DNA of 64,000 nt from NCBI RefSeq assembly GCF_963921235.1, contig NC_086108.1, forward strand, positions 40,798,001 to 40,862,000, written 5' to 3'. The translations under genes were made by a program, and so were the position numbers. Each line of letters opens with the position of its first letter. Position 1 is the first letter of the stretch. The notes beneath the pieces were generated by a model. It saw nothing but the letters and a program-made list of their open reading frames with translations, was not told the origin of the DNA and searched no databases. Origin of the DNA: Mobula hypostoma (lineage: Eukaryota). Positions 1-11,824 of the stretch are shown one piece after another.

Positions 1-289
1 TGCCAATGTGATGGTTGTACGTAGCTTCCTCCCTAAAGATGCTTCTGCTTGTGTTCTGGAGGCCGGTTCAATACCATACATATACAGCTGGAAACTTGTT
101 CAATGGAATACTGGTTGAATTACGTGCCAGTTTTACCGAGACTGCCAGAATACTGCACCTCTACCCCTGTCGCCTGTATGTGAAGATAGGCATTCAGTGC
201 AGAACCAGGACTACCAGTCCTTCAGGCCTCCTCAACCACGGCTGATCTGATTGTTACCCCAACTCCAAATTTCACCCGACAGGAATCTA

Positions 290-680
290 TGTACCTCTGC
301 CTTAAAACATTCAAAGGTTTGCCTTCTGCAGCTCTTTGACGAAAAGCATACCAAAGACTCATAGCCCTAGAGAGAAACAGTTCACCATTTTCTCTGCTTT
401 AAATAAACAGTCCTTTTATTTCGAAGGTTCTAGATTCTCCCACAAGAGTGCCATTCCCTCCACATTCACCCTGTCATGAATTTTCAAGAAGTTTGATGAA
501 GTTTCCTCTCACTCTTTCATATACCTATCTATACAAGCTTAGCCTATCCATCTTTTCTTCACCATACATCCTGTCTATTCCAGCTAAGGCCTTATAAACC
601 TTCTCTGAACTGTTTCCAAAGTATTTATGTCCTTCCTTAACTAAGGCAAACAATGCTGTTTGTGCTGCTCTGGACTGGGT
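290..680 (-). mobile_element. Degenerate CR1-clade LINE 3' fragment
   Basis: Resembles by eye the better-preserved minus-strand CR1 3' ends at 25950-26350 and 27564-28150. Confidence 0.55.
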
Positions 681-724
681 GTCAGTCCATCAGAGACAAA
701 GAGACCTGTTGAATACATTTACAT

Positions 725-1290
725 GGAGCACTGCCACAGGAATGCAGCAACCAACATCAAAGACCCCTACCATCCAGACCATGCTCCCTTCTAGGGCAGG
801 AGATACCACAGAAGAGATCCCAAACCACCGGGTTCAGTAATAGTTATTACCGTCCAATCATCAGGCTCCTGAACCATCATGGATAATTTCATTCACCACT
901 ACTTGGAACTGATTCGATGACTTACAGACTCACTTTCAAAGACTCTTTGCAATTCCTGTTCTCAGTATTATTATTTTTTTAATTGCTCAATTTGTTTTAT
1001 TTTGCACATTGGTTGTTTGTCAGTATTTTCTGCTTACGTATAGTTTTTTGTAAATTCTGTTGTATTTAAAGCAACGTGCACAAATTACTGGAGGAATTCA
1101 ACACATCAGGCAGCATCTTTTGAACTAAATAAACAGTCGACGTTTTGGGCCAAGACCCTTATTCAGGACCAATAAAATAAACAGAAGAAATTTCTTTTTT
1201 TTTGCTTCTGTCAATGCCTGCAAGGAAATGAATCCCAGGAAATACACGGTAACATATTTACACTTTGATAATAAAATTACTGAACTTTGA
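725..1290 (+). mobile_element. Rex1/Babar-like LINE 3' end, interrupted by a Penelope fragment
   Basis: Decayed ORF2 C-terminus (IKDPYHPDHA..GRRY..TTGFSNSYYRPIIRLLN) followed by a 3' UTR ending in aataaa and a tgaactt repeat tail. Confidence 0.6.
1071..1190 (-). mobile_element. Penelope-like element pLTR fragment with a degenerate hammerhead
   Basis: Matches the pLTR text at 48370-48470; ribozyme core mutated (CTGAATAA, AAAA). Confidence 0.65.
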
Positions 1291-1734
1291 ACAATGTGCT
1301 GTAGTTTTCTATTCAGTTTACCTCACAATAAACAATATAATTCTTTGTATTTTTTTGTTCTGATAACATGCTTCACCTTCATGGTAAGCCTTTGCAAATC
1401 ACACATAGGTTCAGTACTGTACGTCTACATATAGAGGATGGTATAGAGCAGCGTTTCTATACCTGGATATTAACTCTACGCTGTGCCCCTGCACCTGTAG
1501 GTGAGTTCTATACTGTACTTCTACATATGGAGTTTGCTGTAATACTCTTCTGTAACACTGGTCCGACACTGTGACTTTGCAACTTCAGATAAAATCAGTA
1601 CTGTTACTGCCTAGACTGAGATTGGTTCACCACTGTGTCACAACACCTAGAGCTTAGTTCACACCTGGGGATTGTTTCAGTACTGTGCGCTACGCCAGAA
1701 TTGAGCTTCAATTCTGTGCATCTGGAGGTTGTTT

Positions 1735-2285
1735 TAGCTGGGGTTGGTAATGGCGATAACCTCCCACTACCTATTAAGTGCTCCCAGTGGTGTGCACCTC
1801 AAATAGCCTCTGAAACCAAGTCCAGCTCCAGCCTTTCATGTGTGCTGTACTTTCTACTGATGGGAGAAGGGGCTAAGGTAGGTTACTGGGGCTTTTTAAC
1901 CAGTCGTTTTGGGCAGATGGAGTTTGCCAGCTGTGGCTGGCAGCTCACCTAGGAGAAGGAGAACTCTGATCTCAAATCTCTGCTGCCTTGCGGCTATACT
2001 TACTAATGGGGAAGGTCTTGGGAGTAAACACCAAGGGAAAAATTCAGAGCTGGAGTCCCTAAGGTTGACTTACGTTGAGTTCAATGTTGACTGGCAACTC
2101 ATTTGACGCTGCTGGTGCCAAACTGTGTCAGTCTCTGCCATTCCTTTGAGTTTATCAGATGCATGGACGGGGTGGGGGTGTGGGTCAGGGGTGTTTGCTA
2201 CATGGGGAACAGCTTATTCTCCGTATTGTACTGCCCAGGCCTGCAGCACAACATCCATGGTCTGCCCTGACTGATGGAGGCCTCT
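1735..2285 (+). mobile_element. Non-autonomous RTE-like retroposon (5'UTR-like part joined to a 3' tail)
   Basis: ggcagctcacctaggagaaggagaactctgat resembles RTE 5'UTRs; the 3' part shares motifs with the SINE tails at 4986 and 53230; no ORF. Confidence 0.45.
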
Positions 2286-2289
2286 GAGA

Positions 2290-2720
2290 ACAAAAAACAG
2301 GAGTAGGATACGTGTAATGATGGAGAAACTCATCAGACTAGGCATCCATTGAATCCATAGACGCTGCTTGAACTGATGAGCTCCCTTTGCACTTTGCGTG
2401 AGTTGTGAATGATTTCTAGCATTTGCAGAGTCTCCAAAATAGGAGCAAGAAGGAATAGGTCACCTGGAACTTAAATCCTGACATTCTTGGTTGACCTCTG
2501 CTGGTCTCAACTTTTTTGCTGTATCAGATACCTATAAACCTCAATTCCTTGATTTTTCAAATATTCATCTAACTTCTCCTTAAATATATCTACCAATCTG
2601 GCCTGCACAACCCGCTGGGGCAGAGAAATTCAGAAGTTCATTATCACCTGAGAGAATAAGCTCCCATTTTTAATGATCAGCCCTTTACTGTACCTTGTAA
2701 CTATGTCCCACTAGTGCAAG
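2290..2720 (-). mobile_element. CR1 3' fragment interrupted by an inverted Penelope pLTR remnant (about 2311-2436)
   Basis: aacaggagtagg...ggtcacc tail and gggcagagaaattcagaagttca CR1 text; the inner piece is a head-to-head pair of pLTR ends. Confidence 0.5.
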
Positions 2721-3201
2721 TATGCGAACACATCTGCACTTGGAGTTTAGTTGCTCCATATTCTTATCAGGTTGTTTCCAAAACTTTGTACTATTGTCTT
2801 GTGTTTATAAATCCATTTATATTAAGTATGGAGATCATTTCTGATTTTTTATATACATGCTGAAATTCTTCCACAATTAGTTAATTAAGCGAATTCAGAG
2901 TTGGTGATTACTTTTTAAATTAATGACATTGCCTTCATGAATTCTAAGCACACCCTACAGAGATGTTAATGAAGAAAGCAAAGTGTCCTGCTGGAGAGAA
3001 AAGATGAGATAAGTATTTGTGGTACCAGCTCAGATTATTAACCTCTTACAACCAGCATTGTTCCATTACCTGCCATTAAAGCACTTGTGTCAGATTTCCT
3101 TGACTACTTTTGGAGCTGCTTGCATCCAGACAAAAGGAGAGTACTCCATCATATTCCTGACTCATATCCCAGCCTGTGGATGGTATAATGGCTTTGAGCT
3201 A

Positions 3202-3800
3202 TCAAGTTCAATGTTAACCATCATTCAGCCATACCTGAATACCCACGAACACAGCCAAACACAGTATTATTCTGTCGCCAAGGTGTAACACCCAGTACCA
3301 ACAGTCACACACAGCACAAGGCACATAGAGCACACATAAGATAGCAAGCATATACACAAGATAGCAGTAAAATGCATTCACACACAAAAACATAGTCCAA
3401 ATCCATGACTCCATGAATGTTGCAGTAGTCTGCAGTTGAACACAATACAGCTTGATTCCTACCGAGCGAGCACTGGGAGGCAGCACCGACTCCAGCTTGC
3501 ACACTGCACCACACTGCGCCCAGCACTCCAGTGGAGCGCCCGGCTCTAATGCTTCCCCCTGGGCAGCTGCAAACAGGCGAGACCACAGCTTGAGACCTAG
3601 TCCTTGCTGCAGCCAAGGCCACATAGCTCCCCCGCTATCTCCCCGCCATTTGATAATAAACTGATGAATTAGACTTGCAGCATTCCACACTACCAATGTC
3701 CAACAGGGTCTTACGATCATAAGAAGTATGCTTAAAAAAGACAATAACACCTTTGGTTGACCCTGTAGAAGCTGTTGCATCCAAGTACACCATCATCTTA
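3202..3800 (-). mobile_element. Non-autonomous retroposon (~600 bp) with a Rex1-like ttgaac tail
   Basis: Starts gtaagatg.. on the minus strand, GC-rich middle, TG-rich 3' part, tail ...ttgaacttga; no coding remnant. Confidence 0.45.
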
Positions 3801-4435
3801 CACTGGACAACAAAGATTTTGTTTCTTGAATACTTTTTGGTATGCTTGATGGATTTTGGGCTGTTGATCATGAAAATAACTATGAAATTTCCCTATCATG
3901 CACCACTTTTTTTGAAATTGCCTCTATTTGCTATTTCAATTCATAATTCAAGTTAGAGTAACTGATACCAAGTTTATGGAAGGCATTTTTATTGGTCCAC
4001 AAATCAAACGGGATATCAAATGACAAACATTTCAAAGAATTTCTAGTGGGACCAGAGAAAATTGCATGGCAGGCATTCAAGGATGCTGTTGAAAATTCTC
4101 TTGGCAGTTACAGAGCTCAAATTATGTGCAGCTGGTTGACAACATGCTTCAAGCATGCAAAACCATGACGGACAACATGTCACTAAAGATTCATTTTCTG
4201 CATTCCCATTTAGACTTTGTCCCTGCAAATCTTTGCACTGTCAGTGATGAGCAGGGTGAAACATTTCACCAGGACATAGCAGTAATGGAGAAATGATATC
4301 AGGCAACTGGAATCCATCAATGCTGGCTGATTATTGTTAGACACTTAAGCGAGAAGCCTCAGACACTGAGTACAAATGAAAATCATCAACAAAACATTTT
4401 TAGCAAAGCAGCAGCACTGTTATGCAATTAAACAC
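3801..4435 (+). mobile_element. Chapaev3-like (CMC superfamily) DNA transposon, internally deleted, with a transposase C-terminal remnant
   Basis: CAC terminus at 3801 (cactggacaacaaagattttgtttcttg); 3960-4403 translates through frameshifts to EGIFIGPQI..AWQAFKDAVEN..NMSLKIHFLHSHLDFVPANLCTVSDEQGETFHQDIAVMEK*YQ..MLADYC. Confidence 0.75.
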
Positions 4436-4439
4436 TGTG

Positions 4440-4930
4440 GGATACCTAGCCTTTGACCTATTCACGCAGCCCTGGTACTTAGGTACCTGATCTGGTTGAA
4501 TTTCTGATCAATGGTGACTCTCAGGATGTTGATGACAGGAACCTCAGGCAATGATAATATGAAATACTAGACTAGTACCTTTATGTAATATGCCAATTAC
4601 CTGCCATACCATGAAGGTCACTGATGAAGCAGCTGAATATGGCTGGATCTTAGCCGTAGCCCTGAAGACTTCCTGCAGTGATGTCTTGGAAGGGGGATGT
4701 GACTAGCCTAAAAGAACAACAAGTAATTTTTTTTTGACTCATGCCATTGGAGTGCTTTCCTCTTGATGCCTATTGACTTCAGTTTTCCCAGAGCTCTTTG
4801 ATATCACCCTTGGTCAGATGTTGCCTCAGTGTCACCCTCAGCTCACCTCACCTCTGGAATTCAGCTCTTTGGTCCATGTTTGGAGCAAGGCTATGATGAG
4901 GCCTGGAGCTGAGTGGTCCTGACAAAATTT
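4440..4930 (-). mobile_element. Old CR1-group LINE RT fragment (second family)
   Basis: Minus-strand remnant LIIALLQTWTKELNSRGEVS.. and a NILRVTID motif; related text at 14830-15400. Confidence 0.6.
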
Positions 4931-4985
4931 GTATATTATATGTAAATAACTCTGTCAGTGCAATAATATTAGGGTACTATAAATA

Positions 4986-5291
4986 ATGGCATCCGTTAGT
5001 CTTGCAAGACCATGGATCTGCGCCTGGAAAGTCTTCGCTCTCCAGGGCGCAGGCCTGGGCAAGGTTGTATGGAAGACCAGCAGTTGCCCATGCTGCAAGT
5101 CTCCCCTCTCCACAACACCAATGTTGTCCAAGGGAAGGGCATTAGGACCCATACAGCTTGACACCAGTGTCGTCACAGAGCAATGTGTGATTAAGTGCCT
5201 TGCTCAAGGACACAACACGTTGCCTCAGCTGGAGCTCGAACTCACGACCTTCAGGTCACTAGTCCAATGCCTTAACCACTTGGCTACATGC
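4986..5291 (-). mobile_element. tRNA-derived SINE (~310 bp), copy 1
   Basis: Minus-strand box A TAGCCAAGTGG and box B GTTCGAGCTCC, conserved central motif tgtgtccttgagcaaggcacttaa; close second copy at 53230-53528. Confidence 0.85.
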
Positions 5292-7116
5292 TCACTAGGC
5301 TAGTGGTTGACCAGTTTATGTAACAGGTGTCCCAATGTAGGCATCACTCCACAGATCTTCATGTAAAGATCTCTAGAAAAGTTTCTAGGTAGGGGACAAC
5401 TTGTCTGCATCCATATTTAGGTCAATGGTCAATGCCAGGTAGTCCAATCCATTCTTTCTCAGTTTCAAAATTGCAGCTATGATGCAACTGAGTTGTTTGT
5501 TGCAGCATTAGTAGTCACATACAGTACATTGGCCAGACTGGGTACAACATAGAACTTAGAACAGCAGAACACAGGGACAGGGTACCCTGTAGCAGGGTAC
5601 AGATGGCAGATTTACTCCTTTGAAACAATAAAGTGAACCAGTTGGACTTTTAGAATTATCATTATTAACGTCCAGTGTATTCCATTCAGATCATTTACCA
5701 TATTTAAACTCCTCCGCTGTCATAGTTTGATTTGAACACAAATCTCCATAATGTCTGTGCAAACTTGTGGTCTATAGTCCAGTGACTTTACTCTGCTATA
5801 CCTATCATTTATGATATTGTTAATTTGGGGCCTTTCAGAGTATTTATGAACCACTGTATTCATATTCCTGCATTGAATTTGTGATTGCAAAAGTACTTAT
5901 TTGGAATAAATCTTAAATACATTTGTATAAATGTATAATTTTTATAAGATCTTAAAATGTCCATGTGTTCTATGACATTGTGGAAATGTATTATTGCTGC
6001 CATTTCCAGAAGTTTACAGAACGCTGCCTTTGTGCTAGGAAAGGAAAAGCAGAAGTTTGGATGTATTCATTTCCATGTTTTAAAAAAACACAATCACAAT
6101 TCCATCCACAACAGAAAATTGAGTTCAGTTTTCTTTGATCCTTTTGACTGTATATATTTAGAAGGGAAAGAAGTATGTACAATTGTAGATCCCTAAAGGC
6201 ATGACTGATCTGCTAGAAATTTTGCAATGTGCTCCCTCTGTTCAGTGTTTTAGGGGTGGAGCAAGAATTCTAGCAATTAGATGGCGAAAGAACCACTTCA
6301 AAGAAGCCTGGGAAAAACACCCTCATTTAAGATGTCTTGATGTCTGTAGGAGTCGCTGTGATGGTGCTCTGGTGGGGAGGGGTGGTGTGGAAGGACTTAG
6401 GCGAAGCCCAGCCTGTCTGATTCAACATCCTTCTTCCACAGAAGTATGGCAGCTTATTTTTAACCTGAATTTCAAAACCATCTTTGATGTGTGTCAGCCA
6501 AAGACCATCTTTCTTGCATTTTCTCCATGATGATTTCTATGTCCGTTGCTTTCAGAGCTGGGAAAATTTTAAAAGCAAGAGATCCTTCCTCAGCCTCAGA
6601 TGGTATGTTGTGCAACCTGCTCCTTAAGTTCGACTGACTTCAAGCCATGAAATTTTGAGTGCTGAGGCCAAGGAAACATTTCCAGGCACTAACTTCAGAG
6701 GCCTCTGAAATTCCTCTGATCGACTGGGCAGTTGTGGGCCTAAAACTTTACTGCATGGGCCAGGAAATCTAGACAGCAGAGACATTTTCAAAATCTCGTC
6801 AGGCCAAGATTCCAAAGGTATACATATCTTTTGTACATTTCCAAATGTGGGTTGTCATTTTTAAAGATAGGTAACAAGCATGCTTGAATGGTGGCAACCC
6901 ATCTGTAAGAATAGACCAGTCTTTTTACAAGGCAGCTGGTTCATGCAACATGGTTCCTTCAGCTCACTCAATGACTGAAGACACTGTTTAGCATCACTCC
7001 GACTCTAATTTCTGATTCAGAGATGCTGACAGATGGTTTCATTACTGCATCTGCGCAGAACTGAGCCTGGAACAAGGTAAGTGACAACTAAATAACTGTT
7101 CACTTAATGGACTTAC

Positions 7117-7287
7117 CTTCCTGTGAGAGTAGGATTCCCATTCTCCCAAGTCTGGACTAAGGAAAAATTCCTTCATCGTTCAGATGAAATTTGTACCCTG
7201 CTCTATAGAGCAGCGCAGACATTCAACAAAATAAATTTTCCCGGCTACCCTGCTTCAGACTTAGGACTGGCCATGTGCTATTTTATA
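7117..7287 (-). other. Candidate TATA promoter and first exon of an unidentified transcript
   Basis: TATAAAA at 7287-7281; perfect donor AAG|GTAAGT at 7117/7116; open frames MKEFFLSPDLGEWESYSHRK (ATG 7176) or MGILLSQE (ATG 7141); lies in a TE-free block. Confidence 0.3.
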
Positions 7288-7865
7288 TCTCCTGAACAGT
7301 TTGTAATGATATTGCATGACAGCTGCTTATTGTGGCGATGCTGACATTCCCAGTGTAGCTGTACGTTCTCGTGGCTGTGAAATTGTTTCTGAATGGACCT
7401 TTTGTGCTCTAATTGCTAATGACCGTTTTTACAACCTGCTCAAATCCCCACAAGATTGCATCTGTTTTATGCGAGTCCCATTCATAAAAATAGCACATCG
7501 GTGTAGAATTTTAATAATTGAATCCTAAACAATGCAAATAAGGCCAGTTAAGTACATACAGTCATCAACAGAACAATTTTGCCGGCGCCAGTCCGGAGTT
7601 ACTCCCATTTCTTCCTACTTTCCACATTCAAAATTACTTATACATCTCTATGTCTCACACTAGCAACTTTCCATCATCATGGAATACTGAATTGAAGATT
7701 TTAAGAAAAGTATGTCTTAGAAGCTCTGTCAGAATTAAGTGAGAAGGTCCTTTGTCTTTAACAGTCTGGAGAGTGTAAGGGTGTAATGATAAGGATAATC
7801 AGTTTTATTTATAAACCACTAAATATATATGTTAAGAAAGCAAGCCAAACAGAAATAGCTGAAGA

Positions 7866-9345
7866 GAATATAATAATAATGATAATAATAATAATAATAA
7901 TAGCAACTTATTTATAGAGCGCTTTTCATACAAACAATGTAGTTAAAAGTGCTTTACAATGGGATAAAGTACAAACATGAAAATAAAAGACGAAAAGATG
8001 TGAGGTAAAAGCAAGGTTAAAATAAGTAGATTTTGAACTGGCACTTACAGTATCAACTGAGCCTGCATCCCTCATAGTCTTAGATACTGAATTCCACAAT
8101 TTAGGAGTGAGTGCAAAAAAGTTGACCTGCTAATTTTACTTCGAGGGAGGTTGTTTAAATTTAACAGACTGGTGGAAGAAGACCTGAGAGATCGAGCAGG
8201 ATCATAAAACAAAGAAGATTATGTGATGTACTCTGGTCCAAACCATTGAGAGCTTTAAAAGAAGCAAGAGAACTTCAAATTCACTTCTTAAAAATACAAG
8301 AAGCCAATGCGGAAGAGTTAGGTCAGAAGTTATATGCTCCATTATCCTGGTTTTAGTTAAAAGTGGCATTCTGAGTGAGCTGAAGTTTATCAATGTATAA
8401 CTTTGGAAGGTCAGTAAAAAGTGCATTGCGGTAATCTAGTAAATTCGATAGACAGATGCAAATTAGTTTTTCAGCATCAATACGTGACAGAAATCGATGT
8501 AACTTTGCAACATTTCATAAGTGCTGACATTCTGCTCACTTTCTTAATGTGGGATTGAAAATTGGAATCTAAATCAAGGAAAGCACCCTAGTGTATTACT
8601 TCTCATTTTACAAGGGAAGCCAAGTTCCCAAGTTTATCAAAAAGTTTATCTCTTTTGGCTTTGGAACTAACCAAAAGTATTTCAGTTTTATCTTCATTTA
8701 GTTTTAAGAAATTATTGCTTATCTATTTGTTTATTGCAGCCATACCAGAAGTCAGAGAAGATAGGGTGTTATCATCATCAGTCTCAACTGGGGTATACAA
8801 TTGTGTGTAATCTGTATAACTGTGCAAATCAAGTTTCTGCTCTCTTATGATGTCTCCTAAAGGAACATGTATAAGAAAAAGAGTAAGGAAACAAGACAGC
8901 TTCCCAGAGCAACATCAAAAGGTGCATTATATCTCCTGGAAAACTGGCCTCCGAGATAGACAAAAAAATTCTCTCCAAGATATAGGAGCAAAACTAATTA
9001 AGGGTGCTACCAGAGAGGGTAGCCCAGTTCTCAAGGCAATCTAGGAGAATGTTGTGATCAATTGCGTTGAGGGCAGCACTTAGACGTAGAAGAATTGGAA
9101 TTGTGACCCTTTTAGCATCACTGGCCTAAGATCAAATGACAATTTTGGTAAAGGCCGTCTTCTTGCTGTGGTTTGCTCTCAAACCAGACTGAAACTTTTC
9201 TAGAATATTGTTCTCCTTCGGAAATTTGTAGAGTTAGTTCTCAAGAACCTTGCAAAGGAAGGGAAGATTTGATACAGGCCTGTAGTTAGCTAGTACCTCA
9301 CTATTAAGGTTTGGCTTTTTAAGGAGGGATTTGATTGCTGCAAAT
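7866..9345 (-). mobile_element. L2-clade LINE, 5'-truncated and decayed
   Basis: (AAT)n tail at 7866-7901; L2-type 3' end aaagcgctctataaataa; RT remnants LANYRPVSNLPFLCKVLE, LEKFQSGLRANHS, YTDYTQLY, NNFLKLNEDKTEILLV. Confidence 0.85.
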
Positions 9346-11399
9346 GTGATTCAAGCGATGGGATTGTTAATCAAAGATTCCTTTTGCTATTGGAAATTAA
9401 ACCCACCAGTAAAGTTGTTCACGAGCAAAACAAAGCAAACTCTGGAAGATGACGTCCCTGCTCTTAATCTGTAACACATGTTTAAGTAACACTTAAGATG
9501 CAGGCCCAGGCAGCGAAGTATGCTGCAATCTATTTTACTTACATTGATCTAAAGGATGCAGTTGGGCTGAAATGTAGAACACACCGGAAAGAATTGTACA
9601 GTATCTCAGCACTGCGGATGTCTGGGCAACACGATCAGCTGAGTGCGCCGAGATTGGTTACTTATGGATCCTTAGCATTTTTGTATTGCATCCTGATGGA
9701 TTTACTTGGACAGTAAGGTATTGTTTAATTGATTTTTTTTCCTTCCCCCTCTCAGCAGAGCGTCAAGGGGTCTGTGCATGTCTTATTTCTGGTGACTGGA
9801 AGAAAATCCACGAAGGCCTGACATAACATTGTGTTTTACATCACAACGGGACCTGAACTTTTATATAAGTAATGGCCGTCTGGCTGATTTATAACCAGGA
9901 TTTAATGCACAATATCCTGTGGCAGGAAATGGAAGACTGACTTCATCAGGGCATAGGCTGAACACTGATTCTGGTTAAGAACAGTTCCATGAAAAAAAGG
10001 GTTTCCAGAAAAGAGTTCTGCATGTTTGGAGAATGAACCTTCTGTATATACAAAACCACCAGACAGTCTGAGCACTTGGGAGGTGGCTCAGCTTTACATG
10101 AATGTCCAAATTTACTGAGTTTAAACATGGGTTTTAAGTGGGCTAAGTCTCTGATTAGGTAGGAAACCACACTGAAAATCAAAAGGCAGAAATCCTCAAT
10201 TAACTGTGTTTCTCTTGCAAAAGTGTAGCATGTGAACAAAGTACAGATCAAATAGTTTCAGAAAGGAATATCAAAGAGGAATTGTTAGTGTATGGATATG
10301 TGCAATGACCTGTTGCAAGTCTGAAAGGTGCATAATAATTTGTAAAGATAATTGTCAGTTGCTCTTGCACGGATTGGCCCATTTCCCACAAGCAGTGAGC
10401 ATTCGTCAAGGTGATCTGGTTGGATTCACAAATCAAGTGGTACCCTTCTCCCAGATATCGTGGATTGCGGATCGTACTGCTCAGCCTTCTTTTTCACATG
10501 AATTAGTTAAGGTAATTAAAATGGCTGGTTAGTGACATAGATATGGACTATTTTAGAACATCACCAATCTGTAAATGTTTAGTGCAACAGATACGAGATG
10601 AATGGGTCTCAGACATGAAGGAAATCATTTAAGCACAGACCTCATGTAAACGAATTATGTTCTGGTCATCTACTTAAATCCATCCCTGCTACAAAATCAT
10701 TATGATTTTATTGCTTTTGTATTATAATTGCATGAGTTACTTGGAGGAGTCTATGCTAGTGATCACAGAGTATTGCTAATGATGGTAGATGTGATACTTT
10801 TCACTCAAAGATTACATTTTTGCATGGTAATAGATAATTCCTGTCAGAGAATTTGGAAAGAGCTAGCACAAGATTTCTTGGAACCCATGGATTAGTTAGT
10901 TCGTGGTAAATAAATTAATAGTATTTTTCTTTCTCATTCTTGGAAGTCAAAGAAATAATTAGATGCCACAGTATCTCATTACATCTCTCTGTATGGGAGA
11001 CAGCTCTGTATTGTCTCTCTCTGTTTAAATGCCACATTCTGTAACAAATGCCATAACAAATATGGAACGATTGGGGGCTGAAGTGAACACCAATGGAAAA
11101 CAGCTGCTGGCATTGCAATGTGCAACTGATCTATCCACATCTGACTCAGTGTGCAAGGCGTTCAATATTTATGCGGCACTCTAAAAGTGGGTACCAACTA
11201 TGGTGTTTATTACTGTGCACACCCACGCAGCTCCGATGCGGTGGATGGCTGCCAACTGTTGAAACTAGCTGCACTGATTGAAGGCAGGACTGACCTTTGG
11301 AAGGTGGGTGTGGCTGCAACGGCTGATGGAAATCATTCCGCCCGTCGTCGAGTCACGTCGCAAGGAAGCAGGCCCCTTGGGCTTACTCAGTCCACGCTG

Positions 11400-11690
11400 A
11401 TCATTTGTATTAAACGTACAGTGATCCCATTTCATTCTCCCCTTCACTCCCACCAGCTCTCTTAAATTCTACCATTTGCCTCCACACTGGGGTCAGCTCA
11501 CAGTGTCTACCCACCTTACAAATCTGCACATCTTTAGGATGTAGGAGGGAACTGGGGGCCTTGGGCCGAGGAGCTGGGGTGGGTATTCCATGTGGTCATA
11601 AGGAGAACGTGTAGGCTCAGCAAAGAGGATGTGGCAAATCAGGATTGTTCCCAGGCCCCTGGAGCCATGAGGCACTGACTGTGCCACCTT
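11400..11690 (-). mobile_element. HE1-like (V-SINE type) tRNA SINE, degenerate
   Basis: ctgcacatctttaggatgtaggagggaactgg..ggagaacgtgta body and a decayed tRNA-like head. Confidence 0.55.
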
Positions 11691-11824
11691 GCGGCCCATC
11701 AATGCCGAAGCACTCTCTAGCCTTTGACGAAGACGCAATCTGAGGGTGGGCAGCACAATTTTACAGTGTGCCTCTGTAAGACCAGTCTACTGAGGTACAA
11801 AGAAGGGTGGCATTTTTCCACACC

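Noticed and set aside
3214..3780. 188-aa hydrophobic ORF
   Set aside because: Lies within a non-autonomous repeat with a TG-rich low-complexity tract; no family resemblance.
5215..5291. tRNA gene
   Set aside because: A and B boxes are present, but the sequence continues into a SINE body duplicated at 53230-53528; it is a SINE head.
6525..6603. Possible C/D snoRNA (ATGATGA with a short terminal cca/tgg stem)
   Set aside because: The D-box position reads CAGA rather than CTGA, and I recognise no rRNA guide.
7117..7141. MGILLSQ resembles the ANKRD22 N-terminus (MGILYSE)
   Set aside because: Only a few residues match and I found no ankyrin-repeat exon downstream on the minus strand, so no gene name is assigned.
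11151..11260. GVYYCA peptide resembling an immunoglobulin V-segment end
   Set aside because: No CACAGTG heptamer or nonamer follows, and there is no upstream V framework (Cys, Trp, D-x-x-x-Y-Y-C context).
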